From positions 12,628 through 76,627 of the forward strand of contig JAVQRO010000007.1 of assembly GCA_033582455.1 (NCBI GenBank): DNA of 64,000 nucleotides, written 5' to 3'. This document shows positions 37,653 through 47,765 of the stretch, piece by piece. The position numbers were made by a program, and so were the translations under genes. The number at the start of each line of letters is the position of its first letter. The stretch's first letter is position 1. The notes under the pieces are model-generated. The model was not told the DNA's origin, searched no databases, and worked only from the letters and a program-made list of their open reading frames with translations. Origin of the DNA: Thermomicrobium sp. Lineage in GTDB: Bacteria; Chloroflexota; Chloroflexia; Thermomicrobiales; Thermomicrobiaceae.

Positions 37653-40600
37653 ATGACGAGCGATCTCGTCGGCAGTTTGACTCGAGCGTTGCGGTTTCGT
37701 TGCATCGGTCCGCATCGTGGTGGCCGCGTCGTCGCCGTCGTCGGGCACCCTGACGACCCGATGACCTTCTACTTCGGTGCCTGCGCTGGTGGGGTCTGGA
37801 AGACCGAGGATGGCGGAACGACCTGGTGGAACGTGTCGGACGGCTACTTCGGCACCGCGGCGGTCGGTGCGATCGCGATCGCGCCGTCGGATCCCAACGT
37901 CCTGTATGTCGGAACGGGCGAGGCTTGTATCCGCGGAAACGTCTCGCATGGCGATGGCGTGTACAAGTCGACCGATGGAGGGCGGACCTGGACGAACGTC
38001 GGATTGCGCGACACTCGTCACATCGCCAAGATCCGCGTCCATCCCCAGAACCCGGATCTGGTGTACGTCGCCGCACTGGGACACGCCTTCGGCCCCAACG
38101 AGGAGCGCGGCGTCTTCCGCAGCCGCGACGGCGGACGGACATGGGAACGGATCCTCTACCGAGACGAGCACACTGGAGCGATCGACCTGGTCATGGACCC
38201 ACACAACCCGCGCATCCTGTATGCCGCTTTCTGGCAAGCACGGCGGTGGCCGTGGAAGCTCGAGAGCGGTGGCCCCGGCTCCGGCATCTTTCGCTCGACC
38301 GACGGCGGCGACACGTGGGAAGAACTGACCCGTCGACCAGGGCTCCCCAGGGGGATCATCGGACGCGTGGGACTGGCCGTCTCGGCCCAGCGTGGGCGGC
38401 TCTGGGCACTCGTCGAGGCAGAGGACGGCGCACTCTTCCGGTCGGAGGACTACGGAGAAACCTGGAAGCGGGTCAGCGAGAAGGGCGACTTGCGCTGGCG
38501 CGCCTGGTACTTCCACCACCTCTGCGCTGATCCGGTCGACCCGGAGACGCTCTGGGTGCTCGATCTCAAACTCTGGAAGTCAGTGGACGGCGGCCGGACG
38601 TTCGTCGAGGTCCCGACGCCCCACGGGGACCACCACGATCACTGGATCGATCCCAAGAACCCGTTGCGGATGATCAACGGCAACGACGGCGGTGCATGCG
38701 TCAGCTTCGACGGTGGCCGGACGTGGTCGAGTCAGTTCAACCAGCCGACGGCACAGCTGTACCACGTCACGGTCGACAACCGGTTCCCGTACTGGGTCTA
38801 CGGCTCCCAGCAGGACAATACCGCCATCGCGCTGCCGAGCCGTTCCGTGTACGGTGCCATCACCACCTGCGAGTGGGAGGAACCCGGCGGCGGCGAGAGC
38901 GGACACATCGCCGTCAAACCGGACGACCCGAACATCGTCATCGGCGGAGCGATCGGCAGCGGCGAAGGGAACGGCCGACTCATCCGCTACGACCGTCGCA
39001 CCGGCGAACAGCGCACTATCACGGTCTGGCCCTACGAGCACAGCATGGCCGAGGGAGCCGAGTCGCTGCGTTACCGCTTCCAGTGGACCTTCCCGATCGT
39101 CTTCTCGCCCCACGATCCCAACACCCTCTATGTCTGCTCGCAGGTCGTCCACCGGTCGCGCGACCTCGGCTACACCTGGGAGGTGATCAGCCCGGACCTG
39201 ACCCGCAACGACCCGGACAAGCTCAAGCCATCCGGCGGGCCGATCACCCGCGACAACACCGGAGCAGAGGTGTACTGCACGATCTTCGCCTTCGTCGAAT
39301 CACCGCACCAGCCGGGCGTTTTCTGGGTCGGAACGGATGACGGGTTGGTCCACGTCTCTCGCGACGGTGGTGCGACTTGGGAGAACGTGACACCACCGGA
39401 CCTACCGGAGTGGGCCACCGTGGCCTCGCTCGAGGTATCCCCCCACGATCCGCAGACCGTCTACCTCGCGGCACACCGGTACCGCCTCGACGACCCAGCA
39501 CCCTATCTCTTCAAGACGAGTGACGGAGGGCACACCTGGAGATCGCTCCGCGGCGATCTTCCCGAGGAAGCGATCTGCCGCGTACTCCGGGTCGATCCAG
39601 CCAAGCCTGACCTGCTCTACCTCGGTACCGAGACAGGACTGTGGATCTCGTTCGACGACGGAAGGCACTGGCACCGCTGGCACGGGAACCTCCCGACGTG
39701 TCCCGTCTATGACCTCGTCGTCAAGGACGACGATCTCGTCGTGGCGACCCATGGTCGTAGCTTCTGGATCCTCGACGACGTGACGCCACTGCGCCAGTTC
39801 GATCCAACGCTGCTCGACGGTCCTGCCTACCTCTTCGCTCCTCGCCCGACGGTTCGCGTCAAGACCTATCCGGGGTTCGGCAGCGAGACAGTGAACGCGG
39901 TCAGTTACCGCTGGGCCGGCCCGATCGTCTACGCGGCCTGGGTCACCGAACGTCCGACCGGTGTCCGCGAGGCATTTCCGCTCGATGCTGGAGAGAATCC
40001 ACCGGATGGAGCGATCATCACCTACTATCTGGCTGAGGAGCCGGCCGAGGTGACGCTGACCATCCTCGATACCAGTGGACGCGTGGTGCGACGCTATTCG
40101 AGCGAGAAGCCAGCCGACCCCTATCCGGACCTCCCGGAGGAAAAGAAGCCATCCTTGCCGCCGCGCCTCGACAAGACGCCCGGATTCCACCGGTTCGTCT
40201 GGGATCTTCGCGTCGAAGGGGCGCAGCGAGCGATCGGCGACAAGCCGTACGAGGGATACCTCGTCGGTCCACGCGTGGTTCCCGGTTCGTACCAGGTGCG
40301 TCTGACGATCGGCGAGCGCAGCTGGACACAGCCACTCGAGATCCAACCGGACCCGCGACTGACGGTGACTGCGGAGGACCTCGCTCGACAGTACGACTTG
40401 CTACTCCGCATCCGTGACAAGGTCTCCGAGGCGCACGAGGCGATCAACCTGCTGCGCGATGCCCGCCACCAACTGGACGAATGGCTGCGGCGATTGGAGG
40501 CCTCATCGGCCAGCGAGGACCTCCGCAAGGCCGTCCGGAGCCTGAGCGACAAGCTGGCCAGCCTCGTCGACGAACTGCTCGAGCCACGGATGGACGACCC

Positions 40601-40841
40601 GCGACAATTTCCACCGCGCCCACCGGCACGCTTGGCAACCCTGCAGAGCTTCGTCGACAGCGCGGACGATCGCCCGACTGCCGCCGAGGAAGCGGTCTAC
40701 GCCGAACTCGCAGCACAGATCGACGCCATCCTCGCTCGCGTGCGAGAAGCGATCCAGGGAGAACTCCCGGCTCTCAACCGTCAGTTGCTCGAGGCCGGAG
40801 TGAGCCCAGTGGTACCGCAGCCGCGCCTGGCACGACCGTGA
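37653..40841 (+). CDS. Large BNR/Asp-box (VPS10/sortilin-like) beta-propeller glycosyl hydrolase-like protein
   Basis: Repeated S.D.G.TW Asp boxes, IGP.RGGR N-terminus, helical C-terminus; ATG at 37653 after AGGAGG. Confidence 0.85.
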   Translation: MTSDLVGSLTRALRFRCIGPHRGGRVVAVVGHPDDPMTFYFGACAGGVWKTEDGGTTWWNVSDGYFGTAAVGAIAIAPSDPNVLYVGTGEACIRGNVSHGDGVYKSTDGGRTWTNVGLRDTRHIAKIRVHPQNPDLVYVAALGHAFGPNEERGVFRSRDGGRTWERILYRDEHTGAIDLVMDPHNPRILYAAFWQARRWPWKLESGGPGSGIFRSTDGGDTWEELTRRPGLPRGIIGRVGLAVSAQRGRLWALVEAEDGALFRSEDYGETWKRVSEKGDLRWRAWYFHHLCADPVDPETLWVLDLKLWKSVDGGRTFVEVPTPHGDHHDHWIDPKNPLRMINGNDGGACVSFDGGRTWSSQFNQPTAQLYHVTVDNRFPYWVYGSQQDNTAIALPSRSVYGAITTCEWEEPGGGESGHIAVKPDDPNIVIGGAIGSGEGNGRLIRYDRRTGEQRTITVWPYEHSMAEGAESLRYRFQWTFPIVFSPHDPNTLYVCSQVVHRSRDLGYTWEVISPDLTRNDPDKLKPSGGPITRDNTGAEVYCTIFAFVESPHQPGVFWVGTDDGLVHVSRDGGATWENVTPPDLPEWATVASLEVSPHDPQTVYLAAHRYRLDDPAPYLFKTSDGGHTWRSLRGDLPEEAICRVLRVDPAKPDLLYLGTETGLWISFDDGRHWHRWHGNLPTCPVYDLVVKDDDLVVATHGRSFWILDDVTPLRQFDPTLLDGPAYLFAPRPTVRVKTYPGFGSETVNAVSYRWAGPIVYAAWVTERPTGVREAFPLDAGENPPDGAIITYYLAEEPAEVTLTILDTSGRVVRRYSSEKPADPYPDLPEEKKPSLPPRLDKTPGFHRFVWDLRVEGAQRAIGDKPYEGYLVGPRVVPGSYQVRLTIGERSWTQPLEIQPDPRLTVTAEDLARQYDLLLRIRDKVSEAHEAINLLRDARHQLDEWLRRLEASSASEDLRKAVRSLSDKLASLVDELLEPRMDDPRQFPPRPPARLATLQSFVDSADDRPTAAEEAVYAELAAQIDAILARVREAIQGELPALNRQLLEAGVSPVVPQPRLARP

Positions 40842-40890
40842 TCGTTGCCCGGTCTCCGTCGCGCGTGTCCATCACTCCGACGCGCCATCC

Positions 40891-40917
40891 GGCGGGCCCG
40901 GTCGTTCCGGGCCCGCC
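40891..40917. terminator. Perfect 11-bp hairpin between convergent genes
   Basis: GGCGGGCCCGG / TCGTT / CCGGGCCCGCC. Confidence 0.55.
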
Positions 40918-41101
40918 CTCGAGTAACAGGCAGCTTCCCCAAGAGGATTCCGCCCACCGTCCCGGGTCATCGGGCCGAGTCAGTGTCCCGCATCCGACCC
41001 CAGGCTCGGTCGTTCCGCCTACCGATGGACCGGCCGAGCGCTCCGCACGCCGCGCTCCCAGAGAGCATGGCCGACGCGGAAGCGCCGGAGACGGCCGATC
41101 G

Positions 41102-41449
41102 TCAACCCAGCGGGAGACGCAACCGGTTCCCTCCCAACAGATGGAAGTGCAGGTGGAACACGCTCTGTCCAGCGTCGGGACCGACGTTCGTGACCACCCG
41201 GTAGCCGCTTTCGGCCAGTCCTTGTTCGCGAGCGACCTGCGCGGCGACTTGGAGACAGCGACCGAGCAACGCAGGGTCAGCGGTCTCCACCTCGGCGAGC
41301 GACGGAATATGTTGGTTGGGGACGACCAGCAGGTGGATTCGGGCCTGCGGATGGATGTCCCAGAAGACGGTGACGGTATCGTCCTGATAGACTTTGCGCG
41401 CTGGTTGACGACCGGCAATGATCTCGCAAAAGATGCAGAAATCGGTCAT
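41102..41449 (-). CDS. HIT family nucleotide-binding protein (Hint-like)
   Basis: DFCIFCEII, DIHPQARIHLLVVP, GQSVFHLHFHLLGG; ATG at 41449 after GGAGGGA. Confidence 0.95.
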   Translation of the reverse strand: MTDFCIFCEIIAGRQPARKVYQDDTVTVFWDIHPQARIHLLVVPNQHIPSLAEVETADPALLGRCLQVAAQVAREQGLAESGYRVVTNVGPDAGQSVFHLHFHLLGGNRLRLPLG

Positions 41450-41478
41450 CGATTCCCTCCCCGTTCGGTGAGGCTGAC

Positions 41479-42393
41479 GTGCCTGAACTCCCGGAAGTCG
41501 AAACGATCCGTCGGACGCTCGCCCCGGTTCTCGTCGACGCGACCATCGTCGTGACACTCCGGGGCGAACGCCCCGACGATATTCTGCTCGATCCTTGGCC
41601 ATCGTTCGCGCACCGCGTGCGAGGTCAGCGGATCGTCGGGCTCGAGCGCCGCGGGAAATACCTCGCGATCCGACTCGCTGACGATCACTACGTCCTGGTC
41701 CACTTCGGGATGACTGGTGAGTTGCAGCTGGCGCGGCCAAATGACCCTCCAGCCCGCCACTGCCACCTCGCCTTCGTCCTTCGTTCGAGTCGAGCGGTGC
41801 CAGGGATCGCCACCGACCGCAAGGGTCGGTTCGTGCTGCGCTACTACGATGTTCGGCGCTTCGGGCAGATCGGGCTACTCACGGCAGATGAGTGGTCCCG
41901 ACACGCCGCACGTCTCGGCCCTGAACCGTTCGACCCGCAGGTGGATCCGGTCGCGCTATGGCGACAGCTCGGGCGTCGCCGCGCCCCCGTCAAGGCGGTC
42001 CTGCTCGACCAGACGCTGCTCGCAGGCATCGGCAACATCTACGCTGACGAGGCCCTGTTCCGAGCAGGGATCCATCCGCTGCGTCGCTGTGCGACGCTCA
42101 GCGCGCCTGAGGTCGAGCGCCTGCTCACCGCCCTGCGCGATGTCTTGACCGCCGCCATTCAGGAGCGGGGAACGACGATCCGGGACTTTCGCGACGGTCG
42201 GGGAGAGAAGGGGACCTACCAGCGGCAGCTCCAAGTCTACGGCAAGCGCGCGGGAACCCCCTGTCCTCGGTGCGGAACCCCCTTGGAACGAGTGCGCGTG
42301 GGCGGTCGGAGCAGCACCGCCTGTCCCCGATGCCAACCTCTCGCTCGAGATGCACCGCGGTCCCCCCTGAACGACGTCCAGCGGCAGCGATGA
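41479..42393 (+). CDS. mutM: Formamidopyrimidine-DNA glycosylase
   Basis: PELPEVET N-terminus, RRGKY, HFGMTG, GIGNIYADE, C-terminal CPRC...CPRC zinc finger. Confidence 0.96.
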   Translation: MPELPEVETIRRTLAPVLVDATIVVTLRGERPDDILLDPWPSFAHRVRGQRIVGLERRGKYLAIRLADDHYVLVHFGMTGELQLARPNDPPARHCHLAFVLRSSRAVPGIATDRKGRFVLRYYDVRRFGQIGLLTADEWSRHAARLGPEPFDPQVDPVALWRQLGRRRAPVKAVLLDQTLLAGIGNIYADEALFRAGIHPLRRCATLSAPEVERLLTALRDVLTAAIQERGTTIRDFRDGRGEKGTYQRQLQVYGKRAGTPCPRCGTPLERVRVGGRSSTACPRCQPLARDAPRSPLNDVQRQR

Positions 42394-42418
42394 ACGTCAC
42401 GAGCGGGGACAAGGGCGG

Positions 42419-43648
42419 TCAGGCATCGAGGAGCATGCGGTCCGGTTCGTTCGGATCGATGACCGGAAGCGCCTCCGCCGAAGGCAACAGCTCCGGATGC
42501 TTGAGTCCGGTCCCGGTGAGGATGAGCACTACTTCCTCCGATGGCCCCAGCCAGCCCGTCGCCCGCAGCAACCGGACCGCCGCGACGGTCGCACCAGCTT
42601 CCGGCGAGACCAGGAGACCTTCCGTGCGCGCGAGCAGCTGCATTCCTTCGAGCACTGCGGCATCGCTCACGGCGACCGCCTCCCCTCGACTCCGCCGCAC
42701 GGCCTCTAGGACCAAGCGGTCGCCGATCGTCGCTGGCACCCGCAAACCGGGTGCGACGGTCATCGCCTGTTCCCACGGCTCAGCAGTGGTCGCTCCCGCA
42801 TGGAAAGCGCGGACGAGCGGCGCGCATCCTTCCGGCTGCACCAGGACCACGCGCGGCCGTTCCGGACCGAGCAGCCCCATCGCCTCCAATTCAGCGAACG
42901 CCTTCCACATGCCGACGATTCCGGTTCCACCACCGGTCGGAGAGACGAGTACGTCCGGGACTCTCCACCCCAGCTGTTCCACCAGTTCCAGCCCCATCGT
43001 CTTCTTCCCCTCGGCACGGTACGGCTCGCGCAGCGTCGAGAGATCGACCCACCCGCGTTCGGCAGCGAGGCGACGCGCCAATCGTCCGCAGTCGGTGATG
43101 AGACCACGGACACGAACGACGCGCGCGCCATAGGCGAGACACTCGCCCACCAGCGTCGGCGGGGTATCGACCGGGACGAAGACGTAGGCAGGGATTCCGG
43201 CGCGAGCGGCGTACGCGCTGGCCGCAGCAGCGGCATTCCCAGCCGAGGGGAGAACGACCGCTCGTGCTCCGAGTTCGACCGCACGGCTGACCGCAACGGC
43301 CAGTCCACGCGCCTTGAAACTGCCGGTCGGGTTGCGACTCTCGTCCTTGAGACGGACCGTCTGCAGGCCGAGTTCCGCAGCGAGGCGCGGGGCATCGATC
43401 AGCGGTGTCCCTCCTTCACCGAGCGTCAGCCGATGGCGTGCGTCCCGAACCGGGAGGAGTTCACTGTACCGCCAGAGACTCCAGGGACGCTCGCGTAGAT
43501 GTTGCGGACGCAAGGTACGGCGGGCCCGTTCGAGGTCGTAGTGCGCCGCCAACACACCACCGCAGCGCGGGCATGTGCCGTGCCATTCGTCAGCGTCGAG
43601 GATCAGATCACAGACCGTACACCGCAGCGCAGCCAAGGCACTCTCCAT
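42419..43648 (-). CDS. thrC: Threonine synthase-like PLP enzyme
   Basis: TLGEGGTPL, NPTGSFKARG (PLP Lys), SAGNAA, EGKKTMG, PTGGG, TGTGLK; N-terminal CxxC...CxxC. Confidence 0.8.
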   Translation of the reverse strand: MESALAALRCTVCDLILDADEWHGTCPRCGGVLAAHYDLERARRTLRPQHLRERPWSLWRYSELLPVRDARHRLTLGEGGTPLIDAPRLAAELGLQTVRLKDESRNPTGSFKARGLAVAVSRAVELGARAVVLPSAGNAAAAASAYAARAGIPAYVFVPVDTPPTLVGECLAYGARVVRVRGLITDCGRLARRLAAERGWVDLSTLREPYRAEGKKTMGLELVEQLGWRVPDVLVSPTGGGTGIVGMWKAFAELEAMGLLGPERPRVVLVQPEGCAPLVRAFHAGATTAEPWEQAMTVAPGLRVPATIGDRLVLEAVRRSRGEAVAVSDAAVLEGMQLLARTEGLLVSPEAGATVAAVRLLRATGWLGPSEEVVLILTGTGLKHPELLPSAEALPVIDPNEPDRMLLDA

Positions 43649-43719
43649 CGTCCGTTCCTTCCCGTGCGCCCGACCTGGAATGCCAGTGACCGAGGTTTGC
43701 GCCCGTTCATGCGCGCGAC

Positions 43720-43749
43720 TTGACACGAACGCACTCAATGCGTTATGTT
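43720..43749 (+). promoter_or_regulatory. Candidate sigma70-type promoter of the GT4 gene
   Basis: Consensus TTGACA (43720-43725), 18-nt spacer, TATGTT (43744-43749). Confidence 0.5.
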
Positions 43750-43838
43750 CCGATGGTCGGCAGGCAATGACCGCCGGCGCGAGCCGTCGCCGGCATCCCG
43801 CGCGTCCGACACAGAGCGGAAGGACGAGAGGAGGTGCC

Positions 43839-44975
43839 ATGCGGATCGCGCAGATCGCACCGCTCTACGAGGCGGTTCCGCCGAAGTATTATGGGGGGAC
43901 GGAACGAGTCGTCCATGCGCTCGTCGAGGAACTCGTCCGTCGGGGGCACGACGTGACCCTCTTCGCGACCGCTGACTCGCGGACGAGTGCGCGTCTCGTC
44001 CCGATGGCCGAAGAGGGACTACGCCTCAGCGGAGCCAAGGATCCGATCGCGCTCCACATCGCTATGCTCGAAGCAGTCTATGCACAGGCCGAGGAGTTCG
44101 ACCTCATCCACTCCCACGTCGACTATCTGACCTTTCCCTTCGCTCGCGGTGTGACGACGCCGACCGTCACGACGCTGCACGGACGCTTGGATCTTCCGGA
44201 GACGCGCCGGGCACTCTCTCGTTTCCCGGACCAACCGCTGGTCAGCATCAGCCGAAGCCAACGACGGCCGATCGCTGACGTCCCCTTGCGCTGGGTCGGG
44301 ACGGTCTACAACGGAGTGCGCCTCGAGCACTTCCCGTTCCGACCGGAGCCGGACGATCCGCCGTACTTGGCCTTCGTCGGCCGCATCTCTCCCGAAAAGC
44401 GACCCGATTGGGCGATCGAGGTCGCTCGGCGCGTCGGGTTGCCGCTGCGGATCGGTGCCAAGATCGACCCCGCCGACCGCGAATGGGCGGAAACGCATTT
44501 CCTCCCCTTGCTCGGGACACCCGGCGTCGAGTACCTCGGTGAGGTCGACGAGCAGCAGAAGGCCGAACTGCTCGGCGGAGCGATCGCCCTCCTCTTCCCC
44601 ATCGACTGGCCGGAACCGTTCGGGCTCGTCCTCGCTGAGGCGATGGCCTGTGGCACCCCGGTGATCGCTTTCCCCGGCGGGGCAGTCGAGGAAATCGTCG
44701 TCGACGGGCTGACCGGGTTCCTCTGCCGGAGCCGAACGCTCGACGAAATGGTCGCTGCAGTGCAGCGGGTCGACCAGCTCGATCGGGCAGCGTGTCGTCG
44801 CCACGTCGAGCGACACTTCTCGAGCGTCACCATGACCGACGCCTACGAGGCGATCTACCGTCAGGTAGTGTTCGGGCAGGCCGTGCCGCTCGTCGCGCGG
44901 TCGGACAGCGCCGCGACCGCGGTCATGGTCGACCAGCAGCGGATCGTCGCTGGGGCGATCAGCCGGAGACGTTGA
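43839..44975 (+). CDS. Glycosyltransferase family 4 protein
   Basis: MRIAQIAPLYEAVPPKYYGGTERVV, GRISPEK, EPFGLVLAEAMACGTPV. Confidence 0.93.
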   Translation: MRIAQIAPLYEAVPPKYYGGTERVVHALVEELVRRGHDVTLFATADSRTSARLVPMAEEGLRLSGAKDPIALHIAMLEAVYAQAEEFDLIHSHVDYLTFPFARGVTTPTVTTLHGRLDLPETRRALSRFPDQPLVSISRSQRRPIADVPLRWVGTVYNGVRLEHFPFRPEPDDPPYLAFVGRISPEKRPDWAIEVARRVGLPLRIGAKIDPADREWAETHFLPLLGTPGVEYLGEVDEQQKAELLGGAIALLFPIDWPEPFGLVLAEAMACGTPVIAFPGGAVEEIVVDGLTGFLCRSRTLDEMVAAVQRVDQLDRAACRRHVERHFSSVTMTDAYEAIYRQVVFGQAVPLVARSDSAATAVMVDQQRIVAGAISRRR

Positions 44976-44991
44976 GCACCGTCGTGCGAAC

Positions 44992-46083
44992 TCACTCGAG
45001 CGGTTGGCCTTTGCCTGTACGGAGGTCTTCGACCAACTGCCGGTAGGCGTCTGGATCCGGCGTCGGAAGTGCCCGAGCGACGACGTGGGTCACGCCGAGC
45101 TCCGCGAGCCGTGCGAGGCGCCGGCGCAGCGCAGTGACCGGACCGACCAGACAGAGCTGAGCCATCAACTCGGTCGGGACGATGCGCTTGATCGCGGCGG
45201 GATCGACGGCCGCCCGTACGTCGTGCCAGGGGCGCCCCGCACGGAGCAGCTCCTCAGTCCGCAACACGCGGCGGAGCTCGGCGATCAGCCGCGCCGTGTC
45301 GAACCCGGGGACGACCACCTGCTGTGCCATCCCGGGGAGCGTGCAGAGGAGAGCGAACGGCACTTTGCGCTCTTCGAGCACCGGTTCCGGGTCTTCGGTC
45401 ACGACCAGGTTGCCCCGCAGAAAGACCGAGAAGGCACCGGGATCGCGTCCGGCAGCGACGATGGCTGCCCGGAGTTCCGGGAGCACCGTCGCCAGGAAGA
45501 ACTCGCTCGCGAAGTCGGCGATCAGGATGCCATCCGCGAGTCGCGCGGCGAGATCGCGTGCTCGCCGCCCGAGTGCGGCCAAGTAGATGGGGACCTGGAC
45601 CTGCACGGGAGGCACGCTCAACGGCCAGTCGCGAACCCGGAAGCGCCGACCCTCGAGCGACGCTCGGTAGGGAGGTCGCCACCACTGCCGGAGCAGCGCG
45701 ATCGTTTCAGCTACAGTAGTCAGGGGTTCCTGTACCTCCATCCCGAGCCCGTTGGCATAGAACTCCGGTTGACCACGTCCGAGTCCCACGAAGGCGCGTC
45801 CGTCGGACAGGCGGTCGAGGGTCGCGATCGCGAGCGCGATCTGGACCGGCTGACGCAGCAAGGGACTCGTGACACCAGTGCCGAGGCGGATCCGTTCCGT
45901 CCGCACGGCAGCCGCCGCCGCGACGGCGACTGCGTCCCAACCGTCCGGGTCCTCGCTCAGCCAGACCGAGTCGAGGCCACCGCGGTCGGCCGCCACGATC
46001 GTCTCCAGCGTCCACTCGACCGCTGTACGCGGTTCGCGCGCTCGTGCCCACCGATGGTGTGACAGGTCGAGACAGAGTTCCAC
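44992..46083 (-). CDS. Luciferase-like monooxygenase (LLM) family flavin-dependent oxidoreductase
   Basis: DSVWLSED, RIRLGTGV, LDRLSDGRAFVGLGRG, PIYLAALG; GTG at 46083 after AGGAG. Confidence 0.88.
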   Translation of the reverse strand: MELCLDLSHHRWARAREPRTAVEWTLETIVAADRGGLDSVWLSEDPDGWDAVAVAAAAAVRTERIRLGTGVTSPLLRQPVQIALAIATLDRLSDGRAFVGLGRGQPEFYANGLGMEVQEPLTTVAETIALLRQWWRPPYRASLEGRRFRVRDWPLSVPPVQVQVPIYLAALGRRARDLAARLADGILIADFASEFFLATVLPELRAAIVAAGRDPGAFSVFLRGNLVVTEDPEPVLEERKVPFALLCTLPGMAQQVVVPGFDTARLIAELRRVLRTEELLRAGRPWHDVRAAVDPAAIKRIVPTELMAQLCLVGPVTALRRRLARLAELGVTHVVARALPTPDPDAYRQLVEDLRTGKGQPLE

Positions 46084-46538
46084 GAGCGAACTCCTCGACG
46101 CCAAGACATCCTGCGACGAGACTCGTTGCAGCGCGCTCGACCGACCCGTACTCCGCCGAGCACGGTCCGCTTCTCGTCAGGGCGACCGCGGCACTGCCGC
46201 CTCATGGAGCGATGAAATCCGACGACGAATCCGTCCAGAGCACCCCCAGCGCTGCGCGGAAACGCATCCGAACCCCGCCCGAGCAGCGGCCACGCAGCAG
46301 GTATCGGGACCGGTTGCGGAACGCAGCGCCGTTCGACCGTTCGTCCGCTCCCGTCGGTTTCCATCCCGGATCGACTCTACCATCGCATGACGCTCGACGG
46401 CGATCTCGATCCTCCCAGTGCGATGACGATACCAGGAACGTCCTGGCAACGGTCGCAGACCGTCGTCGCATCGTTGGCCGCGCGTTGCGCACCAGCGACA
46501 CGTACCGAGCGATGTTGCTGGTGCACCCGTCCCTCATC

Positions 46539-46567
46539 TTGTGCAACGAGCCAGCATCCGTTATACT
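46539..46567 (+). promoter_or_regulatory. Candidate promoter of the riboswitch-terC leader
   Basis: TTGTGC, 17-nt spacer, TATACT (46562-46567) directly before the aptamer. Confidence 0.6.
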
Positions 46568-46574
46568 CCCAGCC

Positions 46575-46672
46575 GCGTGGGGAGTAGCCTCCCAGCGGCA
46601 CGCTGGTGTGCTCGGTCGTCAACACAGGGTACTCCCTCGGCCGAGCAGGACGGAGAGGCGAGACCACGACGG
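46575..46672 (+). ncRNA. yybP-ykoY (Mn2+-sensing) riboswitch
   Basis: Conserved blocks TGGGGAGTAGC, GGTCGTCAACAC and GGCGAGACC in the expected order, upstream of a TerC-family gene. Confidence 0.88.
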
Positions 46673-46742
46673 GAAGGATGCCCGTCTGGCTCGCCTCTCC
46701 GTCTCATTGCGAGCAGCGGGCGCAGCGGAGGTGAGGGGAGTG

Positions 46743-47702
46743 ATGGTAGAGATACCGCTGTGGGGATGGTTCGCGTTCATCGGCCTGATCCTCGGCCTTC
46801 TCGCACTCGACCTCGGTGTCTTCCATCGCAAAGCACACGTGGTCGAGATGAAAGAGGCCGGCATGTGGGTCGCCCTCTGGGTCTCGCTCTCGCTCCTCTT
46901 CGGAGTCTTCCTTTGGTACCGCGCTGGCCACGAAGCCGGCCTGCAATACTTCACCGGCTACCTGATCGAGCTTTCGCTCTCCGCCGACAACATGTTCGTC
47001 TTCGTCCTCATCTTCACGGCATTCGCGGTGCCGGCGCAGTTCCAGCACCGAGTGCTCTACTACGGCATTCTCGGGGCCTTGATCATGCGCCTGGCGATGA
47101 TTCTCGGTGGGGCATGGCTCATCAAGGAGTTCCACTGGATCCTCTACATCTTCGGCGCGTTCCTGGTGTTCACCGGAATCCGCATGCTGATGGAGCGGGA
47201 AGAACGTGAAGTCGACGTCGAGAACAACATCGCGATCCGCCTGGTTTCGCGCTTCTTCCCGATCGTCCCCCGCTACTTCGAGCAGCGTTTCTTCGTGCGG
47301 CTCGACGGACGGCTGTATGCGACGCCGCTCATCGTGGTCCTGGTACTCGTCGAGTTGAGCGACCTCATGTTCGCCATCGACTCGATTCCGGCGATCTTTG
47401 CCGTCACCCGCGATCCGTTCATCGTCTTCTCCTCCAACGCCTTCGCCATTCTCGGCCTCCGCTCGATGTACTTTCTCCTGGCTGGACTCGTCCGTCGGCT
47501 GGCCTACCTACGCTACGGTCTGGCCGTGATCTTGAGCTATATCGGTGTGAAGATGCTCATCCAGGACTTCTACAAGATTCCGACCGCGATCTCGCTCGGA
47601 ATCGTCATCGCGATCCTGGCCATCAGCATCGTCGTCTCGCTGCTCCTGGCGGAGCGTCGACTGGTGCGGCAGCCAGCCGAAATCACGCAGTCCCACGAGT
47701 GA
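46743..47702 (+). CDS. TerC/Alx family membrane protein (Mn2+ homeostasis)
   Basis: GYLIELSLSADNMFVF, QHRVLYYGILGA, DLMFAIDSIPAIFAVT, SNAFAILGLRSMYF. Confidence 0.95.
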   Translation: MVEIPLWGWFAFIGLILGLLALDLGVFHRKAHVVEMKEAGMWVALWVSLSLLFGVFLWYRAGHEAGLQYFTGYLIELSLSADNMFVFVLIFTAFAVPAQFQHRVLYYGILGALIMRLAMILGGAWLIKEFHWILYIFGAFLVFTGIRMLMEREEREVDVENNIAIRLVSRFFPIVPRYFEQRFFVRLDGRLYATPLIVVLVLVELSDLMFAIDSIPAIFAVTRDPFIVFSSNAFAILGLRSMYFLLAGLVRRLAYLRYGLAVILSYIGVKMLIQDFYKIPTAISLGIVIAILAISIVVSLLLAERRLVRQPAEITQSHE

Positions 47703-47765
47703 GCCGCCGGTGGACGACCGTGCGGTGAACGGAGCGATGGCGGATGACGGGGAGGGAGGACGTCT

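Noticed and set aside
33650-44975. PIG-L deacetylase and GT4 as mshB/mshA partners of the MshC-like gene
   Set aside because: They lie 18-29 kb away in unrelated contexts and belong to very large families. The GT4 N-terminus (IAPLYEAVPPKYYGGTE) does not specifically indicate MshA, so sequence reading alone gives no support.
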